Of a DNA stretch of 64,000 nucleotides, positions 1 through 8,542 are shown piece after piece. The notes under the pieces were generated by a model. The model made no database searches, had not been told where the DNA came from, and saw only the letters and a program-made list of their open reading frames with translations. How positions within the stretch are numbered: position 1 is the stretch's first letter; each line of letters starts with the position of its first letter. The stretch lies in IMG/VR virus record IMGVR_UViG_3300031227_011131; one strand, 5' to 3'. A program made the translations under genes and the position numbers. This DNA is from a virus. Its lineage: Duplodnaviria; Heunggongvirae; Uroviricota; Caudoviricetes.

Positions 1-9
1 AAAAAGGTT

Positions 10-429
10 ATGATTCTTAGGGGTTTGCCGGGTTCTGGCAAATCAACCTACGTAGCCGCTCACTATCCAGAGTCTGTTGTGTGTTCGGCAGATGATTGGT
101 TCTTGAAAGGTGGCGAATGTCGGTTCAATCCTTCCGAGATTGGACAGGCACATAGTGCCTGTCTGGGCAAGTTCATTCAAGCGTTGTCGGTGTGGAGAGA
201 AGTAGTTATTGTAGACAACACGAATGTTCACATTTGGGAGTTTGCGAACTATATTGCGATTGCAGAGATGTTAGGGTACAAAGTTGAGATTGTGGAATTT
301 CGGGCTACCACAACGAAACAATTGAGAAGGTGTGTAGAAAGGAACGTACATGGGGTTCCTTCGGCACTCATTTCGCGAATGTTTGGAGAATTTGAGTTTT
401 GCCGTGCCGGAACAGTTGTAGATGTATGA
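10..429 (+). CDS. polynucleotide 5'-kinase, kinase domain only (T4 Pnk-like P-loop kinase)
   Basis: Walker A GLPGSGKST at the N-terminus. Further blocks (VIVDNTN, LGYKVEIVEF, VERNVHGVPSALISRMF) align by eye with the T4 PseT kinase domain. No phosphatase domain follows. Confidence 0.7.
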   Translation: MILRGLPGSGKSTYVAAHYPESVVCSADDWFLKGGECRFNPSEIGQAHSACLGKFIQALSVWREVVIVDNTNVHIWEFANYIAIAEMLGYKVEIVEFRATTTKQLRRCVERNVHGVPSALISRMFGEFEFCRAGTVVDV

Positions 430-434
430 GAATT

Positions 435-509
435 GCCGCCATAGCTCAATTGAAAGAGCACTCGTCTTGTAAGCGAGGGGTGGGGGTTTGATTCCCTTTG
501 GCGGCTCCA
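435..509 (+). tRNA. tRNA-Thr (anticodon UGU), CCA encoded
   Basis: 7 bp acceptor GCCGCCA/TGGCGGC, anticodon loop CTTGTAA, T-arm GGGGG-TTTGATT-CCCTT, then terminal TCCA. The D-loop lacks GG, so the fold is atypical. Confidence 0.55.
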
Positions 510-510
510 G

Positions 511-759
511 ATGAAAAAGTGGTGCGTATATCTGCTGCTCTGCAATGATGGGACTTATTATTGTGGGGCGACGAATGACTTGCCAAAACGTGTAAAGAAA
601 CACAATGATGGCAAGGGGGCAAAATATACGCGGTCACGATTGCCTATTGAGGTATTATGTAGTCGTGAAGTTTTGACCAAGAGTGAAGCATTGAAGTTGG
701 AGATTCGTGTAAAGCGTTTACCACGGAGTTCCAAGATTGCGTTTTTGTCTGATGGGTGA
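511..759 (+). CDS. GIY-YIG family nuclease (small, YhbQ-like)
   Basis: VYLLLCNDGTYYCGATNDLPKRVKKHN matches the GIY-YIG core. The gene starts 2 nt after the tRNA. Confidence 0.6.
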   Translation: MKKWCVYLLLCNDGTYYCGATNDLPKRVKKHNDGKGAKYTRSRLPIEVLCSREVLTKSEALKLEIRVKRLPRSSKIAFLSDG

Positions 760-981
760 ATTATTGGGCTCATAGTTACAATTTTTTGATAAATTTCATT
801 ATATGGCGTGAACGTTCACGTAAGCATTAGACACAGTTGTCGAGTTTGAAAGATTATCAAAGAAAAAGTGGAAATACTCGTCATGTTTATGACCCTGTTT
901 TCAGAGAAAAGTTTTTGGTTTCAAAACCATATTGACAGACCGTGTTGTTGATTTCCAAAGTGATGGCAATACGTATGGTTT

Positions 982-1551
982 TTGGTTCACGAGGAATTCC
1001 ATTTCAAAGGAGCAAGTAGTGTGGACAGAGAAAGAGTAGCGCGAAACTTGGTAAAGTTAGCTAAGGAATTAGTTGCTGCGAAATTTGAGTTCAAACGTCT
1101 CAAGGGTAACCCTAATTCGTGGTATAACAATCCTCAGATGCGCGGCCACACATCGGCAAAAAAAACCGTTGATGAATTAGAGAGAATTGTTGTTAAATAT
1201 AGTAAGACTCCCGAGCAACGATTTATCATTGGTCGTGTTATTGATTTTGTTCAAGATGACTGGGATTATTTTCACAAAATCACAAAGAAGTATATGGCAA
1301 ATCTTTTGTTTACGTTGAAGAATCTTGACAAACTTGGTCCACTTGGAATGTTGATAAAATATCAGTCTCGTAGTGGCATTTGGCGTGAAGACGTAGAGCG
1401 TATACTCAATGTTATGGCGTATGATGATGACCCGGCGTCCTATGTTGATGAATATATAAGCCAATATATTTATCTTGGAATGGAACCCGAGGAGGCCAAA
1501 GAGCGTATCGAGAAATTGGTAAAGGTTTGGCGTTCTGACATGAGTATGTAA
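982..1551 (+). CDS. hypothetical protein with N-proximal RVARNLVKLAKELVA module
   Basis: 189 aa ORF. Carries the recurring KR-VAR-LVKLAKEL peptide module described in findings. Confidence 0.4.
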   Translation: MVHEEFHFKGASSVDRERVARNLVKLAKELVAAKFEFKRLKGNPNSWYNNPQMRGHTSAKKTVDELERIVVKYSKTPEQRFIIGRVIDFVQDDWDYFHKITKKYMANLLFTLKNLDKLGPLGMLIKYQSRSGIWREDVERILNVMAYDDDPASYVDEYISQYIYLGMEPEEAKERIEKLVKVWRSDMSM

Positions 1552-1730
1552 TTATTAAAGATGTTAATTCAATATTGGCTGTTAGATGGAGGACGTTGTG
1601 ATGTTTGAATGGCTTTTTGGTCGTCGTTTGTGTGATGCGCCTGACGATATTCGTCGTCGTGGTCGCGCATTGGTATTTGGCGCTTCGGCTTCAGTAAAAA
1701 CTTCTGTTGAAATAGAACAGGACAAGGAAA

Positions 1731-2264
1731 GTGAGGAAAGTGATGGAGATGAAGAAGAGGAAGACAGCGGATAAATCTATTTTGTCATTTTACTTATCGT
1801 ATGACCCAGAAGCTGAATCATTCTATGTTCAGAGTGATTTGACTCATAGGTTGTCTAGTAGAATTGCATCAGATGATTATGAATTATCTCCGGGCGGTCA
1901 GATAGTTTTATCGACAAATGTCAATGTTTTGAAGGGTATTATTGGAAGGATGCGCGGTTGGGCGAAGACGATTCTCAACAAGATTTATCGTGTACGGATG
2001 ACAGATGAATCTATCTTAGAGATATTGAAAGAGCGTGGATTATCTTCGGGGTGGTCGGTCGGGAATTTGTATAAGGGCAGGTATTACGATAGGCGGTCAA
2101 ATAATTCTTACAATGAGAAGAGTTTCACGATAGACATCAAAGGGTTGGATATGGATATTATTCGGAGCATTGCGAAGGCTCTTGGTAAGAAGTTCAATCA
2201 GAATGAGGTTATGATAGTTGATAACTCAAGTGGTGTTGCAAAGATAATCAAGACAGGAGCATAA
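1731..2264 (+). CDS. hypothetical protein
   Basis: 177 aa ORF on the + strand, abutting the next gene. Confidence 0.35.
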   Translation: MRKVMEMKKRKTADKSILSFYLSYDPEAESFYVQSDLTHRLSSRIASDDYELSPGGQIVLSTNVNVLKGIIGRMRGWAKTILNKIYRVRMTDESILEILKERGLSSGWSVGNLYKGRYYDRRSNNSYNEKSFTIDIKGLDMDIIRSIAKALGKKFNQNEVMIVDNSSGVAKIIKTGA

Positions 2265-2266
2265 TA

Positions 2267-2737
2267 ATGGAAGGTTACTGGTTGAATCCTCAGAATGACA
2301 AGTATATTGAAGTTATGGAGCATTCCAGTGATATTGGGGAAGAAAAGGTTCTTCGTCGGCTTGGGATGAATCCTAACAGATTTTTACCTAAGATTGAGGG
2401 GTTGTCTCCGTATGGAGATAGGATGAAGATTCTTATGGCGGCATTGAAGTCCGGTCTCATTCGTGTGCGGCGGCATGGCCATTCTACGACGTTTGAGTTT
2501 TATTCTTCAAGAAACATGGAAAACATTTTGATGGGGATATACATGTTTCTTCGGAAAACCAACATAGAAGGGAGTATTCAGGTAAACAACATAAAGAGCA
2601 AAGATTTTGCTTCTTTTTCCTTTACAGATTTGAAGGAAGCTATTGGTGAGGGCGAAGTTGAGACTTTGGTTCGTGTTGGCAAGATAGCGAGAAATATGGT
2701 TAAGTTGGCTAAGGGATTGTTGGAGCTGGATGATTAG
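2267..2737 (+). CDS. hypothetical protein with C-terminal KIARNMVKLAKGLLEL module
   Basis: 156 aa ORF. The recurring module sits at the extreme C-terminus. Confidence 0.4.
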   Translation: MEGYWLNPQNDKYIEVMEHSSDIGEEKVLRRLGMNPNRFLPKIEGLSPYGDRMKILMAALKSGLIRVRRHGHSTTFEFYSSRNMENILMGIYMFLRKTNIEGSIQVNNIKSKDFASFSFTDLKEAIGEGEVETLVRVGKIARNMVKLAKGLLELDD

Positions 2738-3036
2738 GCAGAAGGCAGTCATTGTGGGGGTTTTTGTTTGAGGAGGTCTGGGTGATTTTCACTATTGGTA
2801 TATGATTCAGGAGTTTTTTACAGGAGTTGGAAGTGAAAGTCATCACTGCTGTAGAACCAATTTATGTGCATGGCGAATCAACGGCTTTTCTTGCTGGTGG
2901 GATTACAAATCCGAAATGGCAGGATGAACTTATTGAGCTTTTGTCACTAAAGTGGCATTTTGTTTAATCCGAGGCGTGAGAATTTATCAATGATCCAAAT
3001 GCTTCACAGGAACAGATTGAGTGGGAATTCAATGCC

Positions 3037-3381
3037 TTGGCGAAGCCGGATGTGTTTAGCATGTGGTTTTCCAATGCTGATTCAGATCAACTGATTTGCA
3101 TGTATGAACTGGGAAGACATTTAGCGTTGTATGCCGAACGAGACGCTTTGCAATTTGTGGTAATTGGCGTGGAGCCGGGTTATCGTCGTGAGCAAGATGT
3201 TCGGATTCAGACAAAACTTGTTTCTGCTTTTCTTGCTAATAGGATTAGTTCAAGTCTTGCTGACCATGCTATCAACATTGCTAAGGCGTTGGAACTTGCC
3301 ACCGATCAGAAATTGGATAGCATTTGTATAGCATTTGGAAAACAATTTGAGAAATTTTGTAATTTTCCCATCACAAGGTGA
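3037..3381 (+). CDS. hypothetical protein
   Basis: 114 aa ORF. Confidence 0.3.
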   Translation: MAKPDVFSMWFSNADSDQLICMYELGRHLALYAERDALQFVVIGVEPGYRREQDVRIQTKLVSAFLANRISSSLADHAINIAKALELATDQKLDSICIAFGKQFEKFCNFPITR

Positions 3382-3412
3382 TATAGATGTAGTGATTGAC
3401 AATTGAAATAAG

Positions 3413-3486
3413 GGGAGCGTGACGGAACTGGCATACGTGGTCGGCTCAAACCCGGCATTTTGTGGGTTCGACTCCCACCGCTCCTA
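3413..3486 (+). tRNA. tRNA, anticodon read by eye as CAA, but class I (short variable arm), atypical
   Basis: Acceptor GGGAGCG/CGCTCCT, T-arm GTGGG-TTCGACT-CCCAC, anticodon stem GTCGG/CCGGC with loop CTCAAAC. The D-stem is only 3 bp. No CCA encoded. Confidence 0.45.
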
Positions 3487-3553
3487 TAATTCATCACATT
3501 TAGTGATGTGGATTGAAACAAAGGGTGAAAAATCCAGGACATTCTATCTTTTC

Positions 3554-3626
3554 CGGGGTCGCTTAATCGGTATGGTACTCGATTATTTTAGGATAGTATG
3601 GGTTCGAATCCTTCCCGGCCCACCAT
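3554..3626 (+). other. tRNA-like element (T-loop GGTTCGAATCC plus terminal CCACCA); cloverleaf not resolvable by eye, possibly a degenerate or pseudo-tRNA
   Basis: Canonical T-loop and a 3' CCA are present, but I could not pair an acceptor stem. Confidence 0.3.
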
Positions 3627-3838
3627 TTTGTGTTTATGAGTATAGTTCCGTGTGTGACAAAAGTTGCAGGTAGCGGGCACTGCGAGGGTTGGGAATTCAA
3701 AAAGCAGAGATTCCCATAAAAAAGGATGTAATTGGGGTGTTAACCAGAATGCTTGGGTTATATTCAGCCCAGTAAGTAGGTCGGTAATTAGTCCGACTAA
3801 CATTGCGGGGGCATCGTCCCTCACACACGGAACTTTTT

Positions 3839-3911
3839 GCCCCAGTGGCCTAATGGATAGGGCATCCGGCTTCTAACCGGATTTGTGCGGGTTCAAATCC
3901 TGCCTGGGGTA
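3839..3911 (+). tRNA. tRNA-Arg (anticodon UCU)
   Basis: Acceptor GCCCCAG/CTGGGGT, D-arm GCCT-AATGGATA-GGGC, anticodon arm TCCGG-CTTCTAA-CCGGA, T-arm GCGGG-TTCAAAT-CCTGC. Confidence 0.7.
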
Positions 3912-3916
3912 TTTTA

Positions 3917-4025
3917 CCCCTTGGAATGCTTTGGTGAAGGTTCGATTCCTTCCGTGGGGCCAGCATACTTGCCCAGTAGGCCAATTGGATAAGTCGCCTG
4001 GCTTCGAATCCGGGGTCGCCCATCA
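3917..4025 (+). other. two tRNA-like remnants: a T-arm/acceptor minihelix (3917-3960) and a tRNA-like element with T-loop CTTCGAAT (3961-4025)
   Basis: The first has GAAGG-TTCGATT-CCTTC followed by CGTGGGG, pairing with upstream CCCCTTG. The second has GGCTTCGAATCC followed by GGGGTCGCCCA. Neither gives a full cloverleaf. Confidence 0.25.
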
Positions 4026-4513
4026 AAGTTTCGTGAAAAACTTGGCGTTAGGTGATATAAAGGTAGTTGAAGTGATTTGGTGTAGAAATTCACATTTGTT
4101 GTGGTGCGTCCTTTTAGAGCCAGAGTAAGAGGATAGAAACATGTTGAGTGACAAGGAGAAGGGCATTATTCGCCTGTTTGCAGGCGGTGAGAATTCTCTG
4201 CGGGAAGAGGCCATTGTGATGTATCGTCGAATTGTTTAGCGGATTGAACGCGAGCCAGTGGTCTCCTGAGTTGCGATTCATGAGCGAAGTTGACACACCT
4301 GTTCCTGATCTTGCTCTACGTGCAAGCTATCGGCGGGCGGTCTTGGAATGTGCAGTTGCTCAGGACGAAGCACATTCCGATGACGAACCGAGCGGTGAAG
4401 TGCAAAAGGGATGGCTCTCGCAATGGTTGAATTGGGCCATGAGAGACTTGTTTGGTGAAAATACAGGATTGCTTTTTTGTAGATCATGGTAGGGGCAGAA
4501 AGGTTTGTGAATT

Positions 4514-4663
4514 ATGAGAAAAGAAACTGACTTTGACATTTTCATCATAGAACTTCCCGATAACGGCGGAATTGAAATACTAACAGTCGGGCGTATGGTA
4601 AGGTATCTTGAGCGGTCAGAGGACGGTAAACAGGGGCGTCTGTTTGATCCCGAAGGGGGGTAA
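4514..4663 (+). CDS. small hypothetical protein (49 aa)
   Basis: ATG ORF (MRKETDFDIF...) inside an otherwise non-coding 4.5-5.1 kb region. Below the ORF-track size cutoff. Confidence 0.25.
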   Translation: MRKETDFDIFIIELPDNGGIEILTVGRMVRYLERSEDGKQGRLFDPEGG

Positions 4664-5133
4664 TATCCCTCAGTGGATTTCTTGGAGCCGAGCTATATAA
4701 TTCCGCCGAATGGGTACGGGCGCATTCCGCCGCGACAGTAGAGATAGAGAGGTATGGGGAGTGGTCGGCGCGGCGAAAGAATTCCTGAAGCGCCTTTCAT
4801 TTTTTTTGAGAGTTTGAGAGTTTAGGAGTTTGATAGCCGGAGTGGGTGAGGTGTTTTGGGACAAGGTTTGACAAACCAGGAAAGCAATGTGGGTCTTAGC
4901 CGTTATAGCAATACTTGCGGTTTCGGCTTGTGCGCTTGGTGATGATTTTTTGAGCGGGATATTGTCTATAGTTTTTGGGGCTGTTTGAATTTTGCTCGAA
5001 GGCCCGGAGTGGCAAAAATTTTATGAAACAATGGCCTACTCTTGGGGAATCAGCAAAAGAGTAGGCTTTGCTTAAAAATTGGCAGGATGCTTTATTGGTC
5101 AAATTAGAATAAATATGTTGTAGAAAGGATGAA

Positions 5134-5532
5134 ATGGAAATGGGCGAAAGCAAAGAGCCTGAATTGTCTTTTGATGAAATGGTAGCGGTAATTCGCAAAG
5201 ATGATGCTCGTTATGACAAAGCGGCTTATGGTTTTTTGGCGGCTGCTATGAACCTCTGTCATAAAGGACAAGGTGAGCGTCAGCATTTGACAGCTAGGGA
5301 AGTCTTGGATGGAATGTGCGAGTCTGCCAAAATAGATTTTGGAATGATGGCTTGCTGCGTGTTTGAGCAGTGGGGCATTCACAGCACAGATGATGTTGGC
5401 GAGATGGTTTTCAGTTTTGTAGATAGGGGTTTTTGTGGAAAGACTGAAGACGACAAGCGAGAAGATTTCCACAATGCTTTTGACCTTAAGGCGGAATTGC
5501 AAGATTATGAAATAGAGATGGAATCAGAATGA
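5134..5532 (+). CDS. hypothetical protein; C-terminal FCGKTEDDKREDF motif
   Basis: 132 aa ORF. The motif recurs downstream at 6055-6100. Confidence 0.4.
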   Translation: MEMGESKEPELSFDEMVAVIRKDDARYDKAAYGFLAAAMNLCHKGQGERQHLTAREVLDGMCESAKIDFGMMACCVFEQWGIHSTDDVGEMVFSFVDRGFCGKTEDDKREDFHNAFDLKAELQDYEIEMESE

Positions 5533-5966
5533 ACGTCAAGTGGCTTGTTGAAGATACGGCATTTGACGAAGACTTGATTCCAATGATTGATGAAATCAAG
5601 CGGCACGATATAGAGCCGCATCGTATGATTGTGGTAGCTGAACCACAGAATATAGAATGTGAATGGCGTTTCGTGATAGTCGAGAAACAAGTCATAGCGG
5701 GCTGCCCATATAAGAGTGCAGGATTGAAAGAAACACAGGAAGATAATGAACAAGCTAAACAGTTTGCACAGCAAGTAGCTCAAGCTGGATACAATCCTGA
5801 TGTAACTTGGACATTGGATGTGTGTAAGATACGTTCCGGCGCATTTAGGCTATTGGAAATTAACAGTTTTAGTTGTTCTGGATTGTATGAGTGTGAGATA
5901 GAACCTATTGTTAGGGAAGTATCGCGAGTTGCGTGGAAGGAGTGGATTTTCGATGTCGATTGCTAA
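5529..5966 (+). CDS. ATP-grasp-like domain protein (C-terminal half)
   Basis: WRFVIVEKQVIAG ... FRLLEINSFSCSGLYE resembles the ATP-grasp C-domain of RimK-type ligases. Confidence 0.35.
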   Translation: MNVKWLVEDTAFDEDLIPMIDEIKRHDIEPHRMIVVAEPQNIECEWRFVIVEKQVIAGCPYKSAGLKETQEDNEQAKQFAQQVAQAGYNPDVTWTLDVCKIRSGAFRLLEINSFSCSGLYECEIEPIVREVSRVAWKEWIFDVDC

Positions 5967-6099
5967 TTCCAAATATACGACAGTCAAGTTGAAATGTCCT
6001 TTTGATGAGAAACTGAAGGATATTGATTCTACTTGGGTTGATGGCTGCAACTGATTTTGGGGCAAAACCGAGGATGATAAGCCCGAGGATTTCAAAGAT

Positions 6100-6750
6100 G
6101 TGTTCAACTTAGTTGAACAATTTAATGCCACATTGGGTTACGCTAACGAAAGGGACATTATGAATAATTCAGTAGATTGTGTAATTGTAGATGTTGATAA
6201 AACTAACGTGTATGGTCGTCCTGTTTCAGCGTCTATTTGTGAACAAGTGGTGAGACATTATGAGAATACGATGATTGAAAATGGAAAACTGGTTTATCGT
6301 AGTGTTACTGGTAAAGAAGACATTTCGGAGATAGGACATTTCATAAAACAGTTAGTGTTGGAGCAACTCTTGTATGAGTTTGGGCCAGATGATCCTGTTG
6401 TTTTAGCAGCTATTGATGATTGTTGTGATTTATACAATGTTACTTTGTCAGCAAGTATTGAATTTCCGGTGTTTGCGGGCTTAGAATCTGAGATAAGGTT
6501 AGAGGCGCGGAATGCTATTGATGAACTTTTGGATGATATTAAGGATGATGTATGTATTACTTATGATAGAATTGATCCATTGAGTGTTAAACATGCGGCT
6601 TTTGATGAGATTCCATGGGGAGACACTGACAAGGTTCAGTGTAGGCATGGGTCTGAGATTTTATCTGTTTTAGCAAAGCGGAATAAGGAACGTGAGTCGA
6701 AAGAATGGATGGACAAACATCAGATGAAGTTTGATTTCATGAGAGATTAA
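6100..6750 (+). CDS. hypothetical protein (GTG start; conserved peptide continues upstream across an in-frame TGA)
   Basis: 216 aa ORF. See the finding on 5953-6110. Confidence 0.4.
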   Translation: MFNLVEQFNATLGYANERDIMNNSVDCVIVDVDKTNVYGRPVSASICEQVVRHYENTMIENGKLVYRSVTGKEDISEIGHFIKQLVLEQLLYEFGPDDPVVLAAIDDCCDLYNVTLSASIEFPVFAGLESEIRLEARNAIDELLDDIKDDVCITYDRIDPLSVKHAAFDEIPWGDTDKVQCRHGSEILSVLAKRNKERESKEWMDKHQMKFDFMRD

Positions 6751-6818
6751 GATCAATTATCACGTGCAATTTACCGTTGTGATGTGTGTAGTTGATATTG
6801 AAAGCAGTAGAATGTTGA

Positions 6819-7022
6819 TTGAGGAAAAAGACACAGTTGTTTTTTGTAGTGTTGAAACACAAGTATGGCGGCCCTGCTGCGATTGACCCTGATGGTTATG
6901 AGGCTTGGTATCAAGATGGTTTTTTACATAGGTTAGATGGCCCTGCTGTGATTTATTTAGATGGAATTCAAAAATGGTTTTTGAATGGGAAACAGGTAAC
7001 TCAGGAAGAGGTTGAGGGATGA
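6819..7022 (+). CDS. MORN-variant-like repeat protein, paralog 1
   Basis: Repeat units W(Y/F)xNGxLHRxDGPAVI. The stop overlaps the next start (ATGA). Confidence 0.5.
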   Translation: MRKKTQLFFVVLKHKYGGPAAIDPDGYEAWYQDGFLHRLDGPAVIYLDGIQKWFLNGKQVTQEEVEG

Positions 7023-7324
7023 TTGAAGAAAAAACATCGGTTGTTTTTTGCTCAAATGAAAGACAAATATGGTATAAGGGTGGTACGCGTCATCGGCTTG
7101 ATGGACCTGCTTGTATTTTTCCTAATGGTTATCAAGAATGGTGTGTTAATGGCAGGCTACATAGGTTAGATGGTCCTGCTTTGATTTTTTCAAATGGTGG
7201 TCAAAAATGGCTCAAGGATGACAAATTACATAGGGTAGATGGTCCAGCCATAATCCACCCTGATGGTAGTCAAGAATGGTGGCTTGAGGATAAACGGGTA
7301 ACCAAGAAAGTAGTTGAGGGATGA
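7019..7324 (+). CDS. MORN-variant-like repeat protein, paralog 2
   Basis: Four HRLDGPA(L/C)IF repeat units. Confidence 0.5.
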   Translation: MIEEKTSVVFCSNERQIWYKGGTRHRLDGPACIFPNGYQEWCVNGRLHRLDGPALIFSNGGQKWLKDDKLHRVDGPAIIHPDGSQEWWLEDKRVTKKVVEG

Positions 7325-7496
7325 GATTGTATGAAGCTATAAAGCACGCAAAAGAGGTTGCTCATGAAGCTGGAGCAAATGGTGACTGCAAGTGTGCGAA
7401 AGAGCACGAGCAGTTGGTTAAATGGCTTACGGAGTTACAAGAGTTTCGCAAGCATAACATGAAGACTGATTGTGTTAGGGAAATAGAGCATGCCGG

Positions 7497-7667
7497 ATGA
7501 AGCAATTATTGAATGTGATAGCTGTTATTCATTCAAATGGTTGTCGATTTTGGTATCAAAATGGCGACCGTCATAGAGATGATGGTCCAGCTATTATATG
7601 GCATGATGGGAGTCAGGCTTGGTGTCTCAACGATAAGCAAGTTACTCAGGAAGAAGTTGAAGGATGA
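7497..7667 (+). CDS. MORN-variant-like repeat protein, paralog 3 (57 aa)
   Basis: MKQLLNVIAVIHSNGCRFWYQNGDRHRDDGPAIIWHDGSQAWCLNDKQVTQEEVEG. Below the ORF-track cutoff. Confidence 0.4.
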   Translation: MKQLLNVIAVIHSNGCRFWYQNGDRHRDDGPAIIWHDGSQAWCLNDKQVTQEEVEG

Positions 7668-7903
7668 AAGTAGAGCAAAATTCAGTTGTTTTTCATAGTG
7701 ATGAGAACCAGTTTTGGCGTAACAAGGCTGGCGAACGTCATAGGGATAATGGACCGGCTGTTATTTATTCAAATGGCAGTCAAATTTGGTATTATTGCAG
7801 TCAATTACATAGGGTAGGTGGTCCCGCAGTGATAAGATCAGATGGGTCTGAGTATTGGTATTTGAATGATAAACAAGCAACTCAGAAAGCAGTTGAAAGA
7901 TGA
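7664..7903 (+). CDS. MORN-variant-like repeat protein, paralog 4
   Basis: ERHRDNGPAVIYSNGSQIWYYCSQLHRVGGPAVI. Confidence 0.5.
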   Translation: MKVEQNSVVFHSDENQFWRNKAGERHRDNGPAVIYSNGSQIWYYCSQLHRVGGPAVIRSDGSEYWYLNDKQATQKAVER

Positions 7904-8047
7904 TTGAAGAAAAAAGTGGGATTTCTCTTTGTAATTTTCGCTTTTTAACGTGATGTGGTTAGTAGTTAGTTGAAAGCTCTGTAACGCTAAAAACAAAACT
8001 GGAGGTTTTGATGGTCCTGCTGAGATTTTTTCTGATGGAACACAAGA

Positions 8048-8465
8048 ATGGCATTTGAATGGAAAAAGTGTAAAATGATGATAGAAAAAGAATCAGTTGT
8101 TTTTCACAGTGATGAAGCACAAAGATGGCGTAATAGAAATGGTGATTTGTATAGGGTTGATGGTCCGGCGTTGATTTTTTCTGATGGTACTCAGTATTGG
8201 TGTCGTAGTGGTGGCATCCTTCATAGGGATGGTGGTCCGGCTGTGATTGATTTTGATGGTTACGAGGCTTGGTATGTAAATGGTTTTTTTACATAGAGAT
8301 GATGGTCCAGCTGTTATTGATTCAGATGGAACTCAGCATTGGTATAAGAATGGTTTAAGACACAGGGATGATGGCCCGGCTATTACAAGATCAGATGGTA
8401 GTCAAGAATGGTTTAAGGATGGCGAGTATCATAGAGCAGATTGTCCAGCGCTAATTTCAAATTGA
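8048..8465 (+). pseudogene. MORN-variant-like repeat gene, paralogs 5/6, split by a +1 frameshift in a T7 homopolymer (about 8285-8292)
   Basis: ORF 8048-8296 and ORF 8280-8465 together form one continuous repeat protein (WYVNGF|LHRDDGPAVI) if one T is removed from GGTTTTTTTACAT. Confidence 0.45.
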
Positions 8466-8542
8466 CGAAATAAGTCGATTTTGTGAATTTTTGCCTTCAG
8501 TGGTGACATATAGGTAGAGGCGTAATCCATTGGAGGTAAAGA

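Noticed and set aside
3419-4128. Plus-strand ORFs 3419-3673, 3664-3876 and 3883-4128
   Set aside because: They run through tRNA genes and tRNA-like elements. Their peptides contain the GFDSH and GFESG strings that arise from translating T-arms.
6052-6075. SECIS-like hairpin after the in-frame TGA
   Set aside because: Only a weak 5 bp TTTTG/CAAAA stem. This is not a convincing bacterial SECIS, so a selenocysteine explanation is unsupported.
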